Below are positions 51,051-63,135 of a stretch of 64,000 bases of DNA, one piece after another. Source of the stretch: Eledone cirrhosa (Eukaryota); assembly GCA_964016885.1 (NCBI GenBank), contig OZ024747.1:44516001-44580000 (forward strand), in the 5' to 3' direction. Positions within the stretch are counted from its first letter, which is position 1. Each line of letters begins with the position of its first letter. The notes under the pieces were generated by a model that saw nothing but the letters and a program-made list of their open reading frames with translations, ran no database searches and was not told the origin of the DNA. The translations under genes were made by a program, and so were the position numbers.

Positions 51051-52486
51051 TCCTCTACTTCCTCATAATAAACAGAAATAAACAGTTAATCACCTAAATA
51101 TCTAACTCGTGAAACAACAGGTAAATGTTTAAGTATTACACAAACATATGGACCCTTGTAGTTCTCAAGCCAAATCAGCTGACACTATATATGACGGGGT
51201 TGGACCTTTGAATTACAGTTAAAATCCAGTGAATGGTCTTCCAGTTTACCTCAGCCCAATTTCACTCTCAAGGCTTGGGCAACTTGAGGCTATGATAAAG
51301 ACATTTATCCAAGATAGTTGAATCAAACCCGACATCATGATAGCAAAGCAAACTCCTTCACCACTCAGAAATGCCTATGTCTACAAAATATTAACAAGAG
51401 AAAAACTAAAGAAATTCTTGTTTGGTCTGTTTAAATCTGACACCAAAATTAGAATGAGAAAGAGCAATTGTCTGTATTGATTTCAATATGTGATATGAAT
51501 GATGCCTGTTAAATGTAACTGTGTTATGGGATGGCAATGGAAACTTCTTTATTTTAGTAGTGGTGCTAAACTAAGAAAAGGTGTGAATTGAATTGGAAAC
51601 ACTGGTGTTTAGACTGGAGATGATGCAGGAGCAGACCCTGGTAAACAAATACAGAACTGATAACGATGAAAATAGGTACCATACCAAAAATTTGGGGGAG
51701 GGATATAGTCAACTAAATCAGCCTCAGTACTAGGTTACAATTTTATTTTATCGACCACAGAAGGATGAAAAGCAAAGATGACCTCAGTGGTATTTGAATG
51801 TCAAATATAAAGAGGGCTGAAACAAATACCACAAGATATTTTGGCCACCATTCCACCAATGATAGTGAGGATTGCTCAAATAGAGAGATTTGTGAAACAT
51901 TTGTTAAATTATACCACAGTGAATTGAGTCAGTTTAAAAAGTCTTTACTTCCTCAGAGATAAACAGCTACATACCACCTTAACTACTCACCAGTCCCCTT
52001 CTCTCAATACCTTTACTGGGTTTCACCACCACCACTACCACCACCATCACCACCAGAACCCATGCTAAACACTTTTCATGATCTATAACAACTTCCATCA
52101 GGAATTTCCTCCCTGTCCCCAGCCATGTTTTCCCTGTAAAATACCAACTTACAGACGTTTGAACTGATCAACTACACTGATCTCACTTGCCTTGGATAAC
52201 ATCTTCCTGAAACTAACTTCTGAAAAAAGAATGTTTTCTAAGCCAATACTTAAATACTTTAATCACTACATTCAATGACATGTAGTATATATTACATCAA
52301 CCATCACTAGACAGCAAGCCACAAACTCTAAGCTATATATGTATACAGCATATCACTTATAATATGCAACTGGTATTTCACTACTTACATACTTATTCAT
52401 ACTTATTCAAATATATATTTTTTAATTCAAGGAAATATCACAACTTGCAAGCTATATTAGTTTTTGGATAAATTATGAAATTCTAT

Positions 52487-52545
<59 letters not shown>

Positions 52546-52591
52546 GAAAAGTATAGAAATTATTGTAGCAAGAAGCCAACAATATATATCA

Positions 52592-52627
<36 letters not shown>

Positions 52628-52636
52628 CAATATATA

Positions 52637-55600
52637 TATATCTTACAATCCCCCAGAATCAAAAAAAGCATGTTCATAATTGTTTGTCTTTCTACAATTC
52701 TAAATAATATTCCTGCAACCATTTTGGCCGAAAAAAGAAATTATGCCAGGTTAAATTAGGGATTGCCCTCTCTCTCTCTTGGCCTGCTGAAATCGCCTCT
52801 CACCCCCTCACTCTCTCTATCATATACGCTGGTCTCACACTCCTCCTCACTCCTTGCCAACCAAATATAAATAAGCCATGCTACAGGGGACTAAACCCAG
52901 AATTTGTCTCCTATTATTGATGGTCGCTTGTTCAGTTTTCTTCTACGAAATGTAACGTACATATCCATTTCTTCTCAACTCTCCACATTCGGTTCATTCA
53001 TCTATATATCTTACAATCCCCCAGAATCAAAAATCGTATTCAAAATTGGCTTTCTATAATTCTGTTCTTTCTCACCGTTGTTCTAAAAATAATTCTGCTC
53101 CTCGCAAACTACCCGATACCCCTCCCTCCCGCCCCCACTCTCCACCTTATTATTTGGACCAATCACAAGTAAACGACCTATGCTAGCTCTTCTGGTTGCT
53201 TTTTCGATATGATGGATGAACTAGGGAATTTCTGGAGAGTCAGAAGAATCTGGACACCCGAAGACAATGCAAAAGATAACGACAAATTCACCTCATGCTG
53301 CCGGACGAAAGGGCAAAGCCCCACCCTCTTTGTTGCGGCCGCGGATGGCCAACATAACCCTAACCCCATCAACCACACCCCTCCCTGCACCCCACCCACC
53401 AAACGCAATCCAAAACTTCAGAGTTGGTACCATGAATGTAGGGACCTTAAAAGGCCGCTCAAACGAGGTTGTAGAAATGCTTGAACGTAAGGAGGTTGAT
53501 GTCTGCTGCATCCAAGAGACCAGGTGGAGGGGCGGGTCTGCTAGATTCATTGTGGGTAAAAAACGATGCTATAAGCTTTTCTGGGTGGGAAATGACAATG
53601 GGCTGGGTGGGGTAGGAATCATGTTAGCAGAAAAGTGGGCAGATAAGATAATAGAGGTAAATAAAGTGAACGACAGAATAATTAAAATAAGACTTGTCCT
53701 CAATAAAACTACGGTGACAGTAATATCTGCGTACGCACCCCAATCCGGACTGCCCGGCGCTATAAAAGACAGATTCTACGAGACACTGATGCTCGCTACC
53801 TCCCAAATAACCGACAGTGACTATATAGTTATTGCAGGCGACCTAAATGGTCACGTTGGACAACATTGTGACGGCTATGACGGAATCCATGGAGGCTACG
53901 GGTTCGGTACTAGAAATGAGGAAGGCTCCAGAATCCTGGAATTCTGCGACGCAAATAACTTAACTATCTGTAACACGAACTTCAAAAAACGAGACAATCA
54001 CTTGATCACCTATAGATCGGGGGAACACACAAGCCAGGTAGATTATATCCTTACCAGAAGACGTGACAGAGTGTCTGTTGTTAACACTAAATCCCTCCCC
54101 CATGAAGAATTCACCTCCCAACATAGACTGATAATTAGCGACCTCATAGTCAGGACGAGACGTACTAGACAGCGGAAGAGGACTATCCTCAGGAGAAAAA
54201 TATGGAAGCTAAAGGACCCCATAGCCAGAAATAAATTTCAAAGCATATTACTTGACGCTTTCGACAGTAAGGAAGAGCAATTAGAGTCGTATAATATAGA
54301 GGAACAGTGGGAATTCCTGAGAGCAAACCTGCTGACGGCGGCAGACGAAGTCTGTGGCTGGAGCAGGCCTGTAGGTAGGAGGAGAGTAACATGGTGGTGG
54401 AACAGTAAGGTGGAGGAGTCAATTAAGGCCAAAAAGCAGGCTTGGAAAGTATGGCGGGATGGGGGAAGTAGAGAAGACTATCAAGTGGCCAGGAGGGAAG
54501 CTAGGAGACAAGTGTACTTCGCAAGAAGGGAAGCAGAGGAAAGAAAGTTCAAGCATGTTCTACAACGTGAGGACCAAAAACGTGAGGTGTTCAGGATTGC
54601 CAGGCAATGTGTCAAGGAAAACCGTGATATTGTCGGGGAGAAGTGTGTGCTTAACGATGATGGCATACTTGCCATCACCGACGCTGATAAGAAGGTAGCT
54701 TGGAAGTGTCACTACGAAAGGCTTCTAAATGAGGAGAACAAATGGGAGAAAGACAGTCTCCCCTACATCGACCCAATAGAGGGGCCAGCAGTGTTAGTCC
54801 AGGGTAGTACAATAAGCAAGGCAATCAAAGATATGAAGACGGATAAGGCAGCTGGTCCTTCGGAAATAGTTGCTGAGATGCTGAAGGCATCTGGTTCGGT
54901 GGGACACACCATGGTCACCCGGATAGTTAACCAAGTCGTACAGAATGGGGTTGTTCCGAAGGACTGGCGTAGCAGCATCATCGTTAACTGCTATAAGGGA
55001 AAAGGAGATGCCCTAGATAGGAGTAACTATAGAGGCATTAAATTAATCGACCAGGTCATGAAGGTCACGGAAAAAGTAATAGCACAACTAATCAGAGAGA
55101 GAATTGATCTAGATGAAATGCAGTTCGGGTTTGTGTCAGGCAAAAGTACCACAGATGCTCTTTTCATTGTACGACAACTACAGGAGAAGTACCTAGCTAA
55201 AAGTAAACCCCTATACTTAGCTTTCGTCGACTTGGAGAAAGCCTTCGACAGAGTCCCCCGTTCCATTATCTGGTGGTCTCTTAGAAAACTAGGTGTTGAC
55301 GAATGGCTTGTGAGAGCTATACAAGCCATGTATAAAGAAACAGTCAGTAAGGTTAGAATTAACAGCGAATATAGTGAAGAGTTTAGCGTAAAAGTTGGCG
55401 TTCATCAGGGCTCTATTCTTAGCCCCCTACTATTTATTATTGCCCTTCAGGCTATAACAGAGGAGTTCAAGACCGGCTGCCCATGGGAACTCCTATACGC
55501 AGATGATCTAACGCTCATAGCTGAATCAATGACCGAACTAGAGAAGAAATTCCAAACATGGAAGCACGGCCTAGAATCAAAAGGCCTTAAAATTAACCTG

Positions 55601-56946
55601 GCTAAGACTAAAGTTCTAGTTTGTAGGAAAGAAAATAAGGCGGCGGTCCCATCTGGGAAATGGCCATGCTCAGTGTGTAGGAAAGGCGTAGGTAGAAACT
55701 CCATTTTATGTCCCAAATGCAAAGTATGGGTGCATAAAAGATGTAGTGGGATCACAGGTAAGCTAACTAAGAACATAGATTTTACATGTGGCCAGTGCTC
55801 TGGTGCAATAAGTAGCAGCAAGTGCCCACAAAATACTAGCTCCTTCAACTGCGCAGAGGGTTCTATAGAAATAGTGGACAGCTTCCGTTACCTGGGTGAC
55901 AAAATCAGCAGTGGGGGAGGGTGCTCTGAAAGTACAGTAGCTAGAGTCAGAACTGGATGGAAAAAGTTCAGAGAGCTTATACCACTATTAGCCGCTAGAG
56001 GGTTCTCCCTAAAAATGAAAGGCAGGTTATACGATGCCTGCATACGAACAGCAATGCTGCATGGCAGTGAGACCTGGGCATTGTGTGCAGAGGATATACG
56101 CAGACTAGAGAGGAACGAAGCTTGCATGCTCCGCTGGATGTGCAATAGTAATATACGTGAACGGCAAAGCATAAACGAACTAAGGAAAAAATTAGAAATA
56201 AGAGGGATCAGATGTTGTTTACTCGAGAGAAGGCTACGTTGGTACGGTCATGTGATGCGCATGAAAGACGACAGCTGTATAACAAAGTGCAGGGCAATAA
56301 AGATAGACGGTAGCCACGGAGTAGGCAGACCCAGAAAAACATGGGACGAGCTGATAAATTCCGACCTCACATGCTTACACCTCTCCAAGACAATGTCACT
56401 GGACCGAGACCTTTGGCGGTACTCAGTAATAGAGAAGACCCGCCTTACCTAAATACAAAGTAAAAACCTACTACAGTCAGTAGGCATCTCTATCAAAACA
56501 CACCCCCGTCCCACCACCTCCACCCCATCCACACCGCCCCTTTCAATGTAAAGTTATGTTGGTCCCACAACATCCAGGCCGAAACAAATGAGATCGTGTA
56601 GGTGTCACGACAAAAAAAACACACAGTCCACGCTGTAAATGTGGCCGTGTAGGCAACACGGTAAAAACCTCCCAGCCCCACACTGTAAATGTGGTTGGTG
56701 TTAGGAAGGGCATCCAGCTGTAGAAAACCCGCCAGACAGTCCACGCTGTAATGTGGCCGTGTAGGCAACACGGTAAAAACCTCCCAGCCCCACACTGTAA
56801 ATGTGGTTGGTGTTAGGAAGGGCATCCAACTAGAAAACCCGCCAGACAGTCCTATGCGAGCAAGACAACCACTCTTGCCTCAAGTGGGAAAACCCCCGTC
56901 CAAACCCATGCAAGCATGGAACACGGACGCTAAACCTGATGATGAT
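52637..56946 (+). mobile_element. Apparently full-length RTE-clade LINE
   Basis: ~630-bp 5' region, one intact ORF, a 3' UTR with a ~113-bp direct repeat and a (GAT)n tail, inserted in (TA)n. The 5' boundary is approximate. Confidence 0.9.
53267..56452 (+). CDS. RTE LINE polyprotein: AP endonuclease, reverse transcriptase and PHD-like finger
   Basis: APE motifs GTMNVGTL, CIQETRW, SAYAPQ, GDLNGHVG, VDYIL, SQHRL. RT motifs NYRGIKL, QFGF, FVDLEKAFDRV, GVHQGSILSPLLF, LLYADDL, FRYLG. C-terminal RTE motifs WYGHVMR and GRPRKTW. Confidence 0.97.
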   Translation: MQKITTNSPHAAGRKGKAPPSLLRPRMANITLTPSTTPLPAPHPPNAIQNFRVGTMNVGTLKGRSNEVVEMLERKEVDVCCIQETRWRGGSARFIVGKKRCYKLFWVGNDNGLGGVGIMLAEKWADKIIEVNKVNDRIIKIRLVLNKTTVTVISAYAPQSGLPGAIKDRFYETLMLATSQITDSDYIVIAGDLNGHVGQHCDGYDGIHGGYGFGTRNEEGSRILEFCDANNLTICNTNFKKRDNHLITYRSGEHTSQVDYILTRRRDRVSVVNTKSLPHEEFTSQHRLIISDLIVRTRRTRQRKRTILRRKIWKLKDPIARNKFQSILLDAFDSKEEQLESYNIEEQWEFLRANLLTAADEVCGWSRPVGRRRVTWWWNSKVEESIKAKKQAWKVWRDGGSREDYQVARREARRQVYFARREAEERKFKHVLQREDQKREVFRIARQCVKENRDIVGEKCVLNDDGILAITDADKKVAWKCHYERLLNEENKWEKDSLPYIDPIEGPAVLVQGSTISKAIKDMKTDKAAGPSEIVAEMLKASGSVGHTMVTRIVNQVVQNGVVPKDWRSSIIVNCYKGKGDALDRSNYRGIKLIDQVMKVTEKVIAQLIRERIDLDEMQFGFVSGKSTTDALFIVRQLQEKYLAKSKPLYLAFVDLEKAFDRVPRSIIWWSLRKLGVDEWLVRAIQAMYKETVSKVRINSEYSEEFSVKVGVHQGSILSPLLFIIALQAITEEFKTGCPWELLYADDLTLIAESMTELEKKFQTWKHGLESKGLKINLAKTKVLVCRKENKAAVPSGKWPCSVCRKGVGRNSILCPKCKVWVHKRCSGITGKLTKNIDFTCGQCSGAISSSKCPQNTSSFNCAEGSIEIVDSFRYLGDKISSGGGCSESTVARVRTGWKKFRELIPLLAARGFSLKMKGRLYDACIRTAMLHGSETWALCAEDIRRLERNEACMLRWMCNSNIRERQSINELRKKLEIRGIRCCLLERRLRWYGHVMRMKDDSCITKCRAIKIDGSHGVGRPRKTWDELINSDLTCLHLSKTMSLDRDLWRYSVIEKTRLT

Positions 56947-57824
56947 ATATATAGTGATATATATATTGAAAGTACAATACTAGAAATGCATATTAATTTA
57001 AGTTTTCTTTTTAACAAACACATTTTTGTAGAACACACACATATACAACCCCACAAACATTGGTGTTGCTTTCTAAAAGAATGGCTTTATCTCATATTTC
57101 ACAAGAATAAATATGTTTTTTTAATTCTAAAGTAACTAATGTAAATGGATGTCAATCATTCTCCCGACAAAAAACAACACAAAAGATATCAAACATAAAA
57201 GATATAACGAAAAAAATCCTTTGCCTATCATCCATCATCTTTTTAATCCCTTTATGTACATGATGTAACTTTCTTTTCACTTTCTCACACAAGCAATTCA
57301 CATAGAAGAATAAAAAGATACATATAGATAAATATGTTTATGCTTATATATATATATATATATTATGGTTAAGTGATGATGAGGCTTGTACAAATATGTG
57401 TGTGTATTATATATACATACATATATATATACATATGCATATATATATATATAAACATATAGATGCACACACACATACATACATACACATGCTAAACTTC
57501 AAAAATTATATGATAGCTTTTTACAATGGACATCTTAGTTTTGTTAAGTTTCATTCTTTTCATTTTTATTTTATTTTCAAATCTAAACAATTTGTGTGGG
57601 TTTTGAAGGCTTGCAAAAAAGGTTTCAGCAGTTTTTATTAAAGAAGATATTAATTCATGCTAAACAAGTAACAGAAATTAAGATAAAATGGCACCTTGTG
57701 TAGTTCAGTCCTACTGTGTGACACTTTGTGGGGTTCTCATATGAAATTATGTTGGAACATTTTCATTTCAAAAGGAACCCTTTAAAATGTGTGGTTTTTC
57801 CAAAGAACCAGAGATTGTTTAGGG

Positions 57825-58153
57825 CAAGGGCGTGCAACAGGTGACCCACGGGCGACAAGTCAGAGTGGCCCGTGATGAACATTTTTAATTTTTACCTTAT
57901 AGGCTTATTTAGAATTTTTTTCGTAACCATAATACAATTTTCTGTTAGTTGACCTATACCAAATACCAAGTCTCACATTAATAAAACTAAATTATATTTT
58001 ATTTGTCTTTATTGTTTAAAAATGTATTCACAATGTATTTATGCCTCAATTCACTGGTTTTCATTAAATTACATATTTTTGACAGTGACTGGCCCTAATA
58101 GTTGTTCCAATGTTCAAAAGTGGCCCGCCAATGGAATATGTTGCACACCCCTG
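57825..58153. mobile_element. hAT (Charlie-like) MITE
   Basis: TIRs CAAGGGCGTGCAAC / GTTGCACACCCCTG, a perfect 8-bp TSD GTTTAGGG (57817-57824 and 58154-58161) and subterminal TGGCCC repeats. Confidence 0.85.
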
Positions 58154-59214
58154 GTTTAGGGTATGTTAGTATCAAAAGGGTTAACACTTTTTCTATCATC
58201 AACTATCATCTTCTGCATCATTTCTGCTATTTTTCTTTCAAACCTTTAACCAGGATTAGGGTTGAGATCCAAAACTGTATCTATATTAGAAATAGAAGGA
58301 AGAGGACCTATTCTGCTTGCTGGAATTACTCAGATATGAGAAAACACTGTGAACAAATTTTATCCACTGCATTTGATTCAAAACGTTTATAAACTTCTTG
58401 AATATGCTTTAAAATTTGGTATAATCTATTTCATATAAAAGCTGAGCAATCAAGCACCTAACTTTTGTACTTATTATTTGTAATTCTGATTCAAAGTTCT
58501 ATCAACAACAAGTTCAGTTGATAACTGTCTAGTTGTGCTAGTTTTTTTTTTATTTAGTTTTTTTTATTTAAATCTCCAATGCTTCTTTATTATTAAAAGC
58601 ATGATAGAACTGATTATAGGCTGTTTGTCTGGTTGAAGAGTGAGAAAACCAATTATAAGTTTCAGCTACCAAAATTATAAGTTTTTCAGAAGACATTAAG
58701 CACAAATATGGAATACTGCCAAATTGCAAAGAATGAAACACACATTTAAACTAAAGTAATGATGAAAGTTCTTTTAATTTATGATAAACACTATTATTAA
58801 CAACTACTATGACATTACCATTGTTAGACAATAGATTTACAATTTTTTTTTTTCTACTAGCTTTTTTCAAAGTATCTACAATTATATTTGCACCACACCT
58901 TCACAAAAATACTAAATGAAGACATCTATGCACAACTATCTGCAATTCCTATTGAAATGTAACATAACCATTCCCAGAATATTGTTAACTGTGATATCAC
59001 TGGATTCATCTAATATAAGACTATATTTTCCATATCCGACATCAGAAATGAAACTTTTATCAGGGTGTGGAGTAAGCACATTTTTATAATATTTGTGCAT
59101 TAAGTATGATGCAACTCCACTTTGGAAATAGTTTTAATATCAAGTATTTTATTTTTCAAAAAATCTACTAAATAACCACAGATATCAAATGAAAATGCTT
59201 TGTCCATTCCTTTG

Positions 59215-59353
59215 TTGATTCAATTTAGATTACCTCGGGAATATAACCTTATTATGTACACCGAAGAGGGTGGCCACTGTCGTCATTGAAATATGTATCA
59301 CAGCATTATCATTAAAGGACTTTAACATCTGAAACTACTTAGCATTTTCTTAT

Positions 59354-59357
<4 letters not shown>
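59215..59357 (+). mobile_element. Third, deleted copy of the 33700/42060 PLE-end family
   Basis: Shares AACCTTATTATG and GTCGTCATTGAAATATGTATCACAGCATT..AAAGGACTTTAACATCTGAAACTACTT; the CUGAUGA half is deleted. Confidence 0.75.
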
Positions 59358-59385
<28 letters not shown>

Positions 59386-59386
59386 C

Positions 59387-59717
59387 AAAAGTTTTAAAAA
59401 ATGTTTAAATAATTTGAAAACAATATAACTTACCCTGCTAACCACTTGGATTTAAAATGCTACATTGTTAAAATAAATGTTAGATCCACTATTATTAAAA
59501 ATAGTATCAAATTGACAACACTAACGTGAGACTCTACTCTAGAAGTAAAAATTGTTTATTACAAATTTAACCAAGTACAGTAATAACATGATAGAGATAC
59601 ATTATATATGCACAGAAAATTTGGTCAAATTCGGTTGGGAATTGTAAAAGCTTTAGCTGTCCAAATTTGTCCACAGACACACACACATCCTCGCTTTTAT
59701 ATATATATATATAAGAT
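59387..59717 (+). mobile_element. Possible Helentron/DINE-like non-autonomous element end
   Basis: TGCACAGAAAATTTGGTCAAATTCGGTTG..ACAGACACACAC..CTTTTATATATA..AGAT resembles HINE termini. The left boundary is uncertain. Confidence 0.4.
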
Positions 59718-59846
59718 ATATTTATATATATATATAGTAATAATAATAAATTTGAAGATTAAAATCCAAAGAGGGCTCGATAAGGATAAATATATATCAA
59801 ATATATAAGAACCGTAGAGCAAATATTTATTAAAATAACAGATTAA

Positions 59847-59897
59847 AGTTTAAGCAAAGAATCGCTGCTTTCACCCTTAACCGGATCTTCTGAAACT
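59847..59897 (-). ncRNA. Hammerhead-like motif, left arm
   Basis: Reverse-complement copy of 60913-60963. Confidence 0.55.
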
Positions 59898-60912
59898 AAC
59901 AAACTCAATCTGTAAACGCAGAAGTGGATATTTCAAAAAACGTTGCAACCGATGAAGACAGGAAGACGATACTTTGGTTCGTGGAAACGTTCCCTGGCAA
60001 AGAACGGGAAAAAACGAATATAATACGTCATTAATAGGAGCGGAGAAAAACAATTACGCGCAAAGACAGAACCACGTTTATGGTATAAAAGAGGTCGTAG
60101 ACTAATGTTCTCTTAGGTGTTTCATAGAGACGTTCTCTTGCAATGAACGAAAAAAACCAACATAATACGCCATATGTGGAGCGTGGAGAACAATTGCACG
60201 CAAAGACAAAACCACGTAAATGGTATAGCAGAAGTCGTAGACTAAAATTCTAACTAGGAGATCGAATGAATCTCCGCTTAAGAATAAAGTAAATAAAATA
60301 CAATACAGAGGTAATAGAAATTAAATAAATACATACACGCATACAAATACGTACATACACAAGCATACGCGAAAACACTTACCATAGGTATACAAAACCA
60401 CGCACATATAAATATGTGTGTGTGTGTGTGTGTACGTGTATACAAATAAATAAATAATTAAATAAACGTATATAAATAAATAAATACGTATATAACAAGC
60501 GTACACACATACCTATCTTAACTCTGAAGCGGAGATTCATTCGGTCTCCTAGTTAGAATTTTAGTCTACGACTTCAGCTATACCATTTACGTGGTTTTGT
60601 CTTTGCGCGCAATTGTTCTCCACGCTCCACATATGACGTATTATCTTCGTTTTTTTGCCGTTCATTGCCAGAGAACGTCTCTATGAAACACCTAAGAGAA
60701 TATTAGTCTACGACCTCTTTTATACCATAAACGTGGTTCTGTCTTTGCGCGTAATTGTTTTTCACCGCTCCTATTAATGACGTATTATATTCGTTTTTTT
60801 CCCGTTCTTTGCCAGGGAACGTTTCCACGAAACAAAGTATCGTCTTCCTGTCTTCCTCCGGTTGCAAAGTTTTTTGAAATATCCACTTCTGCGTTTACAG
60901 ATTGAGTTTGTT

Positions 60913-60963
60913 AGTTTCAGAAGATCCCGTTAAGGGTGAAAGCAGCGATTCTTTGCTTAAACT
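60913..60963 (+). ncRNA. Hammerhead-like motif (U4A core variant), right arm
   Basis: AGUUU-CAGAAGA-uCCC guuaa GGGu-GAAA-GCA gcgauucuu UGC-UU-AAACU, with AATAAA at 60979. Confidence 0.6.
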
Positions 60964-61009
60964 TTAATCTGTTATTTTAATAAATATATATATATCTTCT
61001 TCCTTGCTC

Positions 61010-61595
61010 ACTTATTCCTGAGAGGATCGTGGGGGCTGATTCCTCAAATACTCCTTTCAGCGGGTCATGTCAGAAGCAACTGTCTCCAACTAATCCAGCT
61101 GGATCCCCAAGCGATACCAGACAAGCTCATGGATGTTATCCAACCATCTTGCTTGAGGTCTACCTCAGGGTCTCCTGCTGGTTGGTTTTGCCTGTAAAAT
61201 ATGTTTAGCGATTCTTTCCTGGGACATTCTAACCAAATTCCCATAGTACCAGAGCTGTGATCTCTCAATTCAGACAAGTAGCGGCTCTACCTGGAGTGAT
61301 GTGCTCTATCGAGTAACTTTAATCTAAAGTCCCTTTGGGGGAACCCCATTTCAACCTCTTGTATTCGCGATTATATACTTTCGATCATTACCCAAGATTC
61401 AGGACCATAGATAAAGGTTGGCATGAATACCCAATTGAAGATAGTGAGTATGGCTTTTACCCCTACCTCCCTTCTGATTACCAGGTCACACTGATTGCTA
61501 GGGCAAGTGCCCTCTCCCAGGCAAGTGCCTCCTCCAATTTACAGGCACATATTCAGAGCAGGCCCATTCATTCAGACCATCTTCACTACTCTTAG
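61010..61595 (-). pseudogene. Decayed RTE (Expander/Rex3-like) C-terminal fragment
   Basis: Minus strand reads IERSQLWYYGNLVRMSQERIAKHILQAKPTSRRP*GRPQARWLDNI. Confidence 0.75.
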
Positions 61596-61639
61596 CAACC
61601 TTTCAACAAACTGTTTAGAAGGTAGCACTTCCCTGATAT

Positions 61640-62490
61640 TCCTACTGATATTCCTCTGAAACAGTTAATCGGGGCTTTACCAAAGAGGAAAGTGTCCACT
61701 GCACGACTTCTTTTGCAATGGCCACCAAGCAGATAAAATCTGCCTATCAACCCGGCCAAAAAATGGCAGCAGGGTGACCTTCACAATGGACTCACCTGAT
61801 AACTGGATCCATGCTACACATGACAGCAGGCATTTGATATAAACCAACAATACTCAGGCATTTGATGAGTGCCTACAGAATGGTTTCATCGCCCTGCGTA
61901 CATCTCAGACAGGCCTAACTGATTACATTTCCATGTCTGTAGAGTTTATCTCGAACTGGTAATGCTCCATAATAGCATTGCCAAGCCAAGGATTTCTGGG
62001 AATTATCCATGGTATCCAATGCTCCGTCTCCCCAAGCATATCATCCCTTTTACCGACCACTAATCCTATACAGAATGCCAAGAAGAGCACTTGAAGAAAT
62101 TCCAGTTTCCAAGCACTCATGGTCTTCATATGACCAGAATTGCACCTCCTTCAAGGAGCAAGGGAAAAATGTGTCTAGTAAGCTATGACTACACATGTTC
62201 CCCATCAAGGAAAAGCTAGTGATGTTGTGGCGTCGCCCCATGTTCGCGCATCATCAGCCACGGCATACCCAGCCCACCACACTATGGGTGTTGACAGTAA
62301 ATGGACCACCTGACCATTAACACGCATTCCTTCCACAAAAAGCAAATGCTCCAGTACAATTAGATGTGGACCAAGACTAAGTACGACAGACAGATAGATG
62401 ACTGACGTGATGTATACATCCGCCACTTCTGCCCAACCTTTCAAAGATAGCTTCCTCTTGACCAATTTTAGGATGAAAGTGGCCAGGCCA
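61640..62490 (-). pseudogene. Decayed L1/Tx1-clade LINE ORF2 fragment
   Basis: KRKLSLKGWAEVADVYITSVIY..LEHLLF followed, in another frame, by GGLGMPWLMMR, which is typical of the post-RT region of Tx1 elements. Confidence 0.65.
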
Positions 62491-62499
62491 CCACTCTTG

Positions 62500-63135
62500 A
62501 ATAATGATTTCTAGTATAGGCACAAGGCCAGTAAGTTGGTGGAGGGGAAAGTCAATTAAATCAACCCCAGTATTTCACTGGTACATAATTTCATTGATCC
62601 CGTAAGGATGAAAGGCAAAGTTAATCTCGGCGGGGTTTAAACCCAGATCGGAAAGGGACATAACTCTTTGCTGCAAAGCATGGCGTCCGACCCTCTACCG
62701 ATACTGCCAATCCACTGCCCTACCCCTCTTGAATAATAATAATAGTTTCTACTTTTGGCACAAGACCAGCCTTTATCCCAGTGCATTACTGGTACTTTAT
62801 TTTATCGACCCCGTAAGGATAAAAGGCAAAGTTAACCTCGGCGGGATTTGAACTCAGAATGACAAGGGCCGTAACTCTATGCTACAAAGCATGGCGTCAG
62901 ACCCTCTACCGATACTGCCAATCCACCGCCCTTAATAATAATTGTTTCTACTTTTTGGCACAAGGCCAGCAATTATCCAGTGTATTACTGGTACTTTATT
63001 TTATCGACCCCGTAAGGATGAAAGGCAAAGTTAACCTCGGCGGGATTTGAACTCAGAATGACAAGGCCCATAACTCTATGCTGCAAATCATGGAATCCGA
63101 CCCTCTACCGATACTGCCAATCCACCGCAATAATA
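62500..63135 (-). mobile_element. Head-to-tail array of three SINE family A copies
   Basis: Copies at ~62500-62720, 62735-62932 and 62935-63130. Confidence 0.92.

Larger units (their letters stand above)
59823..60987. repeat. Large fold-back: ~460-bp inverted arms with a ~235-bp spacer
   Basis: 59823-60285 is the reverse complement of 60522-60987 (about 95% identity by eye). Confidence 0.95.

Noticed and set aside
59823-60987. A-to-G editing signature between the fold-back arms
   Set aside because: The arm differences are mixed transitions, transversions and indels, with no clear A/G bias.
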